Positions 56,666 through 64,000 of a stretch of DNA of 64,000 bases are shown here, piece by piece. The position numbers were made by a program, and so were the translations under genes. The DNA is from an uncultured Spirochaetales bacterium (GTDB lineage Bacteria; Spirochaetota; Spirochaetia; SZUA-6), in the NCBI GenBank assembly GCA_964596425.1, contig CAZQTC010000023.1:69367-133366 (forward strand), written 5' to 3'. Within the stretch, counting starts at the first letter, position 1; the number at the start of each line of letters is the position of its first letter. Under the pieces are notes generated by a model. It had not been told where the DNA came from, made no database searches, and saw only the letters and a list, made by a program, of their open reading frames with translations.

Positions 56666-57580
56666 GTGATAGAGGTGCAGAAGGTTAAAAAGTATTTTAA
56701 TGGGGTCAAGGCTGTTGACGGGGTTAGCTGTACGGTTGAGCGAGGAGAAATTTTCGGATTGATAGGTCCTAACGGAGCGGGTAAAACTACTTTGATAAGG
56801 ATAATCATGAATATAATCGGACCGGATTCGGGTAAGATTTTGTTTGAGGGGAGAAAATTTGAGGAGAGGGATAAAGAAAGGGTAGGTTACCTACCTGAGG
56901 AGCGGGGACTGTATAAAAAGGTAAAGGTAGGTGAGATGCTTCTCTACCTTGCTTTGCTTAAGGGGATGAAGCGGGAAACAGCGAAGACAAGCATAAAGAA
57001 ATGGCTAGAACGTTTTGAGCTTGGTGAGTGGGCGGATAAACGGATAGAGACTCTATCTAAGGGGATGGCTCAGAAGATTCAGCTTATAGCCGCTCTCATA
57101 CATGATCCGGAATTAGTAATTTTAGATGAGCCTTTTAGCGGACTTGATCCCGTTAGTATGGATCTGTCTAGGGAGATTATACTTGAACTGGGTAGAAGGG
57201 GAAAGACTATCCTCTTTTCTACCCATAACATGGAAGAGGCAGAGAGGATATGTACGAGGATACTAATGATTAACAATGGGAAAGTTTTACTCTATGGAAA
57301 ATTAGATGAAATAAAATCGCGTTTTGGTAAACGCTCTGTTTTTCTGGAGTTTGACGGGAGTGTAGATTTTTTAAAGGGTTCACCACTTGTTGAAAATATA
57401 ATTTTTTATCCTCGGTATGCAGAGATAGAACTTAAAGATAAAACCTCACCAGATGAGTTTCTTAAGGCCATTATAGGAAGGGTTCGTATTAAAAGGTTTG
57501 AGCTTACCACTCCCTCACTTCATAAAATATTTGTCGAGCAGGTAAAATATTCTAATAATAAGGGGGAGGAATGGATATGA
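56666..57580 (+). CDS. ABC transporter ATP-binding protein.
   Basis: Walker A 'GPNGAGKTT', signature 'LSKGMAQK' and Walker B 'ILDEP'. GTG start after AGGAGG. Confidence 0.88.
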   Translation: MIEVQKVKKYFNGVKAVDGVSCTVERGEIFGLIGPNGAGKTTLIRIIMNIIGPDSGKILFEGRKFEERDKERVGYLPEERGLYKKVKVGEMLLYLALLKGMKRETAKTSIKKWLERFELGEWADKRIETLSKGMAQKIQLIAALIHDPELVILDEPFSGLDPVSMDLSREIILELGRRGKTILFSTHNMEEAERICTRILMINNGKVLLYGKLDEIKSRFGKRSVFLEFDGSVDFLKGSPLVENIIFYPRYAEIELKDKTSPDEFLKAIIGRVRIKRFELTTPSLHKIFVEQVKYSNNKGEEWI

Positions 57581-58809
57581 TTTTTACGAGAAGGGTGTTG
57601 AATGTAATCTGGATGGAGTTTAAGATGACAGCCCTAAATAGGGCATTTATCATAATTACTATTATCGGTCCTTTTCTAATAGTGGCTTTTACGGTTCTAC
57701 CCTCGTACCTTGCAAGTAGGGGGACTCCAGCGGAAAAGAGTATTGCTCTATTAGGTGGGAGTACAGAACTGGTTAACTCGATAGAGAGGAATATGAAGGG
57801 AACGAATGTACATGTTTTTAAAACAACCGATGACATTAAACAACTTAACGCTGATGTCCTAAATGGTAAAATTGATGGTTATCTTGTGATACCTCCTGAT
57901 CTGTTCAAAGCACGGGAGATTGATTTTATTACCTCTTCTGGTGGTGATTGGGCTACTTTAAAAATGCTTCAGGGTACTATAGATACATTGGTAACCAAAA
58001 TGAAATTAAAAAGGGCCGGGCTCTCAGATAGGGAGATAGAAGATGTGTTAGTTACCCCTTCTGTTGTGCCCAAGAGGATATCGAAGGGTATGAAGGCTGA
58101 AAGAGAGAATTATTTTGCCTCTTTTATGACTGTGCTTGCCTTTACGATGCTCCTCTATATGACTATTCTGCTCTATGGTCAGGGGATTGGCAGATCGGTG
58201 CTTTCCGAAAAAACACAAAAAACAGTGGAAATACTCCTCTCGTCAATCCATTCCAGAGATCTCCTCTTTGGGAAGATATTTGGTAAGGCTATTGCAGGAC
58301 TTCTTCAGTATGCGGTGTGGATTGTTATTTCTGTATTTTCTATCAAGGTTCTTAATCCGCTCCTCAATTTAAACATAAGTTTGGGAGGAAAATCCAGTTT
58401 GTTTCTGTATTTGATAATATACTTTTTATTAGCCTTCTTTCTTTACTCTTCCGCCTACGCCACACTTGGTGCTGCAAGTAGTGATGAACAAAATCTGGGA
58501 CAGCTATCATTGCCTTTAATTCTCTTTCTTGTTCTACCTATGGTCGGACTTAGCGGGATAATTTCCAATCCCAATGGGGTGTTTTCTATGATTCTCTCCT
58601 TTTTCCCTTTTACCTCGCCTATAGTTATGTTTCAGCGTCTGGCAATGTCCAATCCGAGCGCTATTGAAATATGGATTAGTATTTTAGTAATTATTTTAAC
58701 CACTATTGCTGTTACAATATTTGCGGCGAAGATTTTTAAGGTTGGTATTCTGCTTACTGGGAAAAAACACAGCCTCCGTGAAATAATTAAATGGATAGGA
58801 TATAGGTAA
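57571..58809 (+). CDS. ABC-2 family transporter permease.
   Basis: Six TM helices with a large extracytoplasmic loop after TM1. Overlaps the ATPase gene. Confidence 0.75.
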   Translation: MDMIFTRRVLNVIWMEFKMTALNRAFIIITIIGPFLIVAFTVLPSYLASRGTPAEKSIALLGGSTELVNSIERNMKGTNVHVFKTTDDIKQLNADVLNGKIDGYLVIPPDLFKAREIDFITSSGGDWATLKMLQGTIDTLVTKMKLKRAGLSDREIEDVLVTPSVVPKRISKGMKAERENYFASFMTVLAFTMLLYMTILLYGQGIGRSVLSEKTQKTVEILLSSIHSRDLLFGKIFGKAIAGLLQYAVWIVISVFSIKVLNPLLNLNISLGGKSSLFLYLIIYFLLAFFLYSSAYATLGAASSDEQNLGQLSLPLILFLVLPMVGLSGIISNPNGVFSMILSFFPFTSPIVMFQRLAMSNPSAIEIWISILVIILTTIAVTIFAAKIFKVGILLTGKKHSLREIIKWIGYR

Positions 58810-59132
58810 AGATTACCTAAAGGCTTTGTCAATGTTGTCTAGGATATCTCTGTCCGGCAATCGAGAATTTGCCATATTTTTAATACTTTATTGCATTGGT
58901 ATGTTGCATTAGTTTTCTGTAGGGTCTCTCCTCTGTTAAGGCCTGGTAGATGTCGAGGCACGCCATGAGCCTACCCGTAGAGTTGAGTTTTTCACCGGTT
59001 GATCCGTAAGGATACCGAATTTGGAACGGCAGGTTTGCCAAGGTCGTGTAAATTAGCGGTTAGCATTGCTTTTACTGTTGTATCTTGATCAAGGTTTATA
59101 GTGGTTACAACATATATGTTTTATTTTTTTTG

Positions 59133-59396
59133 TTAGCCTGAAGGGTGTTTCATTGCGAATTTTGATTTGCGGTCGATTATCCTGATTATAATTTTGGTAA
59201 AATCGAGCAGTTTATTTGTGTTAGATTGATACCTCTTCTCGGAGACGAGTTTCATCGCGGCCGTGAGAATGAAAGGGTACTGGGCGGATTTTATCCCTGT
59301 TTTCAAAATTCGGGGTTTCAAAGTGATGTTAAAAGCCGCTTCTTCACTTAATCCGTTGTCATGTAGTACGGCGTATATGAAGGGTTCAAATTTTTA
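59133..59396 (-). pseudogene. Possible gene or mobile-element remnant (broken ORF with no SD and a TTG start).
   Basis: A minus-strand frame reads ...FEPFIYAVLHDNGLSEEAAFNIT-LKPRILKTGIKSAQYPFILTAAMKLVSEKRYQ... and is interrupted by a stop. It lies in a 745-bp gap between convergent gene ends. Confidence 0.25.
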
Positions 59397-59554
59397 GTTG
59401 TTGTTAAAATCGAAAAGTTCTGCCAGTTGTAGGAGATATAGAGTACCCTTCTGGAGCTATTGATGGTAGCTTCGAGTATGTTAATCTCGACAAAGTCAAG
59501 GCATAGAGATGATGAATATAGAAAAATTCTTTAAGATTCAGTCTCATAGTTTAC

Positions 59555-62395
59555 TTAAGCTTTTCTTTCCCCTAATACCTTTGTTAATTCTCTCTTTATG
59601 TCCTCAAGTTTAAAGGGTTTGAGAATTCTGCCCTTAAACCCATAACTGGCATACTTAGCCATGATAGGATCTGTAGAGTATCCACTTGATACAATTACTC
59701 TTGCCTGTGGGTCTATGTCAAGAAGTTTTTTTATGGTCTCTTTTCCTCCTAGGCCCCCTGGGATAGTTAGGTCCATAATGACTGCATCGAAGGGAGCACC
59801 GCTTTTCATTGCCTCTCTGTACTTTTGGAGTGCCTCATTTCCGTCCCTAGCTAGCTCAACCCTGTATCCTAGAGATTTAAGCATGGCCTTAGCGACGCTT
59901 CTAACTATTTCTTCATCATCCATAATAAGTATATAGCCTGAGTAACTATTTGTAGGTTGGTGGGACTGCTCGTTTCCGGAAGTTTTTTTTGTGGCAGATT
60001 GTTTTTCGGCGGGAAGGTATATGGTAAATGTTGTACCCTTTCCCGGTGTGGATTTTACACCTATGTATCCTTTGTGTTTGATGATTATGCTATGGGCAAC
60101 TGCCAGACCCAGGCCGCTACCCTGTTTTTTGGTTGTGAAATAGGGATCGAATATTTTCTCTACATCTTTAGGGTGAATTCCTATGCCCTCATCCCTGAAA
60201 ATGAGTTTTACGAAGTCTCCAGATATAGGATGGGGGATACTAGTCTCTCTTGTAGTGGTAAAATTTTCTGCCTCGATATAGAGGTTTCCTCCCTCCGGCA
60301 TGGCCTCTTTTGCATTTATTGTCAGGTTAGCTACTACCTGGCTGATTTGGCCCTTATCAATTTTGACGTGCCATAATCCTTTTTGGAATTTAAAGTGGGC
60401 TTTTATGCTGCTGCCGCTTAGGTTGAATCTGACGGTATCTTCTATTATAGGTTTTAAGTCCATAGTTTCCAGTATTGGCTCTCCTCCCTTAGCAAATGTG
60501 AGAAGTTGCTTGGTAAGTTTTGTAGCCCTCTCCATTGCCTGATCTGCCAGTTGAATATAGGGAAAGGCGGGGTGATCGGGTGGTATTTCCAGTTTGGCAA
60601 GTTCAATATTTCCAAATAGACCTGTAAGGATATTGTTAAAGTCATGAGCGATTCCTCCCGCGAGAACCCCTATAGACTCTAATTTTTTTGTTTTTAAAAG
60701 TTCTTTCTCTGTCTTCAGTTTTTCGGTAACATCACGGAATACCAATACAACACCTAGTATGTTACCCCTTGGATCCTTTATCGGTGCGGCACTGTCTGCA
60801 ATATTGTATTCTACACCGTTTTTGGAGATAAGGACGGTATGGTTTGCCAGACCTACTATCCTACCCTCTCTGAGTACTCTGGCTACGGGGTTTTGTGCCT
60901 TTTCTCTTGTAGTTTCATTTATTATGTGAAAGATATCGGTCAATAGTTTACCTTTAGCCTCTTGTTCGCGCCACCCGGTGAGATGTTCAGCTACGGAATT
61001 CATTAATTCCACCCTGCCCTTTACATCGGTTGTTATAACCCCGTCTCCGATGGAGTGAATTGTTACAAAGAGTTGTTCTCTTTCCTCCATGAGTTGTTGT
61101 TGGGCGTTAATTTTATCTGCCAGCATACTGTTGGCGTTTTTGGCCATCTCCTCAAATTCCACGAATTTCACCATTTTCAGGTCTATCGGTTCGTTAGAAA
61201 AGGCAGCTCGATTGAAGAATGAGATAAATAAATTAAAGTCATTTTCTAGTCTTCGGGTTAGTAAATTGTAGAGGAAGAGGAACAACACTACTACTGTGAG
61301 AATTATGAGGATAGAGAATGATAGTTTGTTAAGAATTTGTTTGGTTAACTGTGAGTGCATTGTGAGAATATCTCTCTCTATATCGTCAAGATAGACACCG
61401 GCTCCGACCAGCCACTTTAACTCCGGGATTCCCCGTACAAATGAGGTTTTGGGTGATTCTTTATGTGGGCCCTTTAGTTTTACCCACGAGTAATCGATGT
61501 AATCTCCGCCAGGTTTTAGGGCCGCTCTGTATTCTTTTTGGAAAATTTCTCTTGTTTTTTGAGGGTTTTTATTGAAAATTTCCCAGAGTTTTCTCCTGCC
61601 AGAGAAAACTTTTCCATTTGAGACCAGAGCATCGCCATTTAACCTATTGACAAAGATGTATCCCTCTTTATCGAATCTAATCTTGCTTATCCGTTCTAAG
61701 AGTTCCTTTTTGATTTTTTCTGTAGCCTCATTTTGGTAAAGGCCGGCGGTTATACACCAGTTTAGTGGTTTAAAGAGTTTTATGAAGGAGATCTTTTTAT
61801 TATGGTTCGTTATCTGTCTATTGGCGGAATTGTTAACGCTTATGGGAATATATTGGTAAAAACCCTCTCCCGCTTCTTTGGCTATGTTAATCATATCTTT
61901 AATGATGTAGTTACCCCTGTAATCTTTGAGATTTATACAGCTGAGACCCTCGTTGCTCGGGTTTAGTGGGTCTAATACAATTTTCCCTGTTAGATCGATT
62001 ATTTTGTAGCATTCGTTTGTGTTTCCAAATCTGATCGCTCTTAGGGCCTCTAGAATTTGTTTTTGAATCTCTACTTTATTTTTGAGGTTTTGATTTTCTC
62101 TGTAGATATGTGTTGCAATCTCGTAAGCCTCGTAAACCCTTGATTTGATTCGATTTTTTGTTAAGGTTTCCGCTTTGGTTTTTTCATGATTTATCATATC
62201 AATGACTCGGATAACCTCTTGTTTTATCATTTTTTTCTGCTCTAAGATGTAATCTTTTCGCATTTTTTCCGCTCTGATGTTGAACTCTCTGTAACTGCTA
62301 ATTAGATCTATGACAATGAATATCCCTGAAAGGGTCAGCAGGAAAATTATTCCCGATACCCTTATAAACTTTATGAAGCTGGTTTTTCTTTTCAT
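59555..62395 (-). CDS. Hybrid sensor histidine kinase (Cache-like periplasmic domain, PAS, HisKA, HATPase_c, receiver).
   Basis: Two TM helices flank a periplasmic domain. H-box 'IAHDFNNILTG' and G-box 'GSGLGLAV'. A C-terminal REC 'ILIMDDEEIV...VIMDLTIPGG'. ATG at 62395 follows AGAGGGA. Confidence 0.85.
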   Translation of the reverse strand: MKRKTSFIKFIRVSGIIFLLTLSGIFIVIDLISSYREFNIRAEKMRKDYILEQKKMIKQEVIRVIDMINHEKTKAETLTKNRIKSRVYEAYEIATHIYRENQNLKNKVEIQKQILEALRAIRFGNTNECYKIIDLTGKIVLDPLNPSNEGLSCINLKDYRGNYIIKDMINIAKEAGEGFYQYIPISVNNSANRQITNHNKKISFIKLFKPLNWCITAGLYQNEATEKIKKELLERISKIRFDKEGYIFVNRLNGDALVSNGKVFSGRRKLWEIFNKNPQKTREIFQKEYRAALKPGGDYIDYSWVKLKGPHKESPKTSFVRGIPELKWLVGAGVYLDDIERDILTMHSQLTKQILNKLSFSILIILTVVVLFLFLYNLLTRRLENDFNLFISFFNRAAFSNEPIDLKMVKFVEFEEMAKNANSMLADKINAQQQLMEEREQLFVTIHSIGDGVITTDVKGRVELMNSVAEHLTGWREQEAKGKLLTDIFHIINETTREKAQNPVARVLREGRIVGLANHTVLISKNGVEYNIADSAAPIKDPRGNILGVVLVFRDVTEKLKTEKELLKTKKLESIGVLAGGIAHDFNNILTGLFGNIELAKLEIPPDHPAFPYIQLADQAMERATKLTKQLLTFAKGGEPILETMDLKPIIEDTVRFNLSGSSIKAHFKFQKGLWHVKIDKGQISQVVANLTINAKEAMPEGGNLYIEAENFTTTRETSIPHPISGDFVKLIFRDEGIGIHPKDVEKIFDPYFTTKKQGSGLGLAVAHSIIIKHKGYIGVKSTPGKGTTFTIYLPAEKQSATKKTSGNEQSHQPTNSYSGYILIMDDEEIVRSVAKAMLKSLGYRVELARDGNEALQKYREAMKSGAPFDAVIMDLTIPGGLGGKETIKKLLDIDPQARVIVSSGYSTDPIMAKYASYGFKGRILKPFKLEDIKRELTKVLGERKA

Positions 62396-62606
62396 ATGTA
62401 ATCCCTCTGGAATACGTATGGGTTGATGGAGGTTGTGCACTTATTGGCAAGATTGCACATGTTAGTAAAATTATATATATATTGCTCGTGGTTTTAAAGG
62501 AAATGTTTGTTATATTTAATTTTTTTGATTCATGTGGTACTGTACTATGTTTAAAACGTGTTTTTGGCAGTGGTAGTACGAGGATACTGTAGTGAGGTGG
62601 TTGTCT

Positions 62607-63743
62607 ATGGAGAATTTAATTGAGTTTAATTTTGGTGGCAGAAAGAGTGAGGTAATTTTTACTGAGGAGATTTTCGGGGGTGCAGATGGTGTTGTTGGAT
62701 ATATCGCTAAAAGGCTTTCTGGTGAGGGGGAAAACACCCTTTTTGTATTCGATGAGAATACTTACCGGCTGTTTGGCCCCGGGGAACGCTTTGGAGAAGG
62801 AAAGAGGTGTGTAGTTCTTTCCCCCGGCGAGTCAAGTAAAAGGTGGGGGAGTGTAAGGTTAATTTTGGAGTCTGCCGTAAAAATTGGACTTGATAGGAGT
62901 GGCACTGTTGTCGGAGTTGGTGGAGGAGTGGTCGGTGATCTTGCAGGATTTGCCGCCTCTGTTTATATGCGAGGGTGCTCACTTGTGCTTGTTCCTACCA
63001 CACTGCTTGCCATGGTAGACGCCTCCCTCGGTGGAAAAACGGGGTTTGATTTTATGGGGTTTAAGAATATGATTGGGAGTTTTTATCCCGCATCGGAGAT
63101 TTTTGTAGACGTAAGGAGTCTGGAATTTTTGCCCCAGCGAGAGTATCTCTGTGGCATTGCGGAGGTAATAAAAACGGCTATGCTCGGAGATGCCGAACTG
63201 TTCTCTATTCTGGAGAATAAGAGAAGAGCAATTGTTGCCCGGGAGGTTGATGTCGTTAAAGAGATTGTAAGACGCTCCGTTATGGTTAAGGGAAAGATTG
63301 TGGAAGAGGATCCCAGAGAGTCAGGAAAAAGGGCTTGGCTTAATTTGGGGCATACCTTTGGGCACGCTCTTGAGGCTGTTAATGCTTTTAAGGGAATAAA
63401 TCATGGCGAAGCGGTAGCGTGGGGGTTGGCAAAGGCTATGAGACTCGGTGTTAAACTGGGTATCACAGATAACGATTACGCTAACCGTGTTATTAGACTT
63501 CTCGAAAGCTACGGGTTTGTTAGTGAGTTTAGAGGGGCAAAGGGGGGGTATGGGGATGTAAGGGCAACGGGTGAGGATGGGAACTTAAGCGCGGTAGCCT
63601 TTGATCCGAGGGGTATAATTCGTGCTATGTATGGGGATAAAAAAAAGAAGGGTGGGAAATTGAGATTTGTTTTACAGAGGAATTTGTGCGATAATTTAAT
63701 AGTAGAGGGTGTTAACGAGGGAGCTATTTGGGAAATTTTGTAG
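62607..63743 (+). CDS. aroB: 3-dehydroquinate synthase.
   Basis: 'GVGGGVVGDLAGFAA' NAD-binding motif and 'LNLGHTFGHALE' metal-binding motif. Confidence 0.85.
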   Translation: MENLIEFNFGGRKSEVIFTEEIFGGADGVVGYIAKRLSGEGENTLFVFDENTYRLFGPGERFGEGKRCVVLSPGESSKRWGSVRLILESAVKIGLDRSGTVVGVGGGVVGDLAGFAASVYMRGCSLVLVPTTLLAMVDASLGGKTGFDFMGFKNMIGSFYPASEIFVDVRSLEFLPQREYLCGIAEVIKTAMLGDAELFSILENKRRAIVAREVDVVKEIVRRSVMVKGKIVEEDPRESGKRAWLNLGHTFGHALEAVNAFKGINHGEAVAWGLAKAMRLGVKLGITDNDYANRVIRLLESYGFVSEFRGAKGGYGDVRATGEDGNLSAVAFDPRGIIRAMYGDKKKKGGKLRFVLQRNLCDNLIVEGVNEGAIWEIL

Positions 63744-63788
63744 GTGTGGTTGATTTTAGAATTCTTAAAAAGTCTGGAGGTTGAGTAG

Positions 63789-64000
63789 GTGAGGATTAAC
63801 AAGGAGGTTTTTGATAAACATGTTAAAATGTTCAGTCCCGGGAAGGTGATATTTGAGGAGGGTGATCCGGGTGAGGAAATGTATGTTGTTATTCAGGGTG
63901 AGGTAGAAATACGAAAAAAAACCTCTGCCGATACGGCGAAAACTCTCGCTGTTTTACATACCGGAGATATATTCGGTGAAATGGCTTTAATCGAAAACAA
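63789..64000 (+). CDS. Cyclic nucleotide-binding domain protein, 5' partial (continues past the window end).
   Basis: 'VIFEEGDPGEEMYVVIQGEVEI...GDIFGEMALIEN' cNMP-binding motifs. GTG start after GGAGG. Confidence 0.6.
   Translation, partial: MRINKEVFDKHVKMFSPGKVIFEEGDPGEEMYVVIQGEVEIRKKTSADTAKTLAVLHTGDIFGEMALIEN

Noticed and set aside
62516-62737. A 73-aa minus-strand ORF in the histidine-kinase/aroB divergent region.
   Set aside because: It overlaps the aroB start and SD. No ribosome-binding site, and the product is low-complexity.
1-64000. CRISPR arrays, tRNA/rRNA genes and an intact IS or prophage.
   Set aside because: No spaced direct repeats. No tRNA-like GTTCGA/T-loop plus acceptor patterns were spotted in any intergenic region. 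No integrase, transposase or phage structural genes are present. All intergenic gaps except 58810-59554 are under 280 bp.

Overview
This is a gene-dense bacterial chromosomal window of about 41% GC. I count roughly 55 protein-coding genes and find no rRNA, tRNA, CRISPR array or intact mobile element. The frequent AGG/AGA arginine and GGG glycine codons are reminiscent of thermophilic diderm lineages, but that is inference only.

Recognisable housekeeping content:
- exodeoxyribonuclease VII (xseA/xseB), rRNA methyltransferase RlmI, an aconitase-family hydratase, TtcA, and two HD-domain hydrolases;
- MutL, acyl carrier protein, the complete glycine-cleavage operon (gcvT-H-PA-PB), PBP1A, an M23/LysM peptidase, and butyrate kinase with phosphate butyryltransferase;
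- two tandem divergent EPSP-synthase paralogues with aroB further downstream, a TAXI-type TRAP transporter, galactose mutarotase and a phosphohexomutase;
- an M19 dipeptidase, an ABC-2 transporter pair and a Cache/PAS hybrid histidine kinase.

The window is also rich in second-messenger receptor proteins: two cNMP-binding proteins (one at each window edge), a PilZ-like protein and a ComFB-domain protein.

The most striking unexplained locus is a three-gene, same-strand cluster at 17.3-25.9 kb. It encodes a 1639-aa signal-peptide giant protein and two further secreted proteins that share a paralogous ~400-aa domain. All three end in a C-terminal Phe, and two of them have the alternating-hydrophobic pattern of an outer-membrane beta-barrel signal. 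One carries an N-terminal FecR-like domain and a Pro/Lys-rich linker. I could not assign this cluster to any described system, and it is my candidate for an undescribed outer-membrane complex.

Other oddities:
- a voltage-sensor-like (S4) membrane protein with no pore;
- a cluster of three TPR proteins, one fused to an Mrr-type restriction-endonuclease-like domain;
- a pair of ParB/Srx-fold proteins flanking an MBL hydrolase;
- a 745-bp non-coding gap carrying broken ORFs that look like a gene or mobile-element remnant;
- several strong intergenic hairpins.
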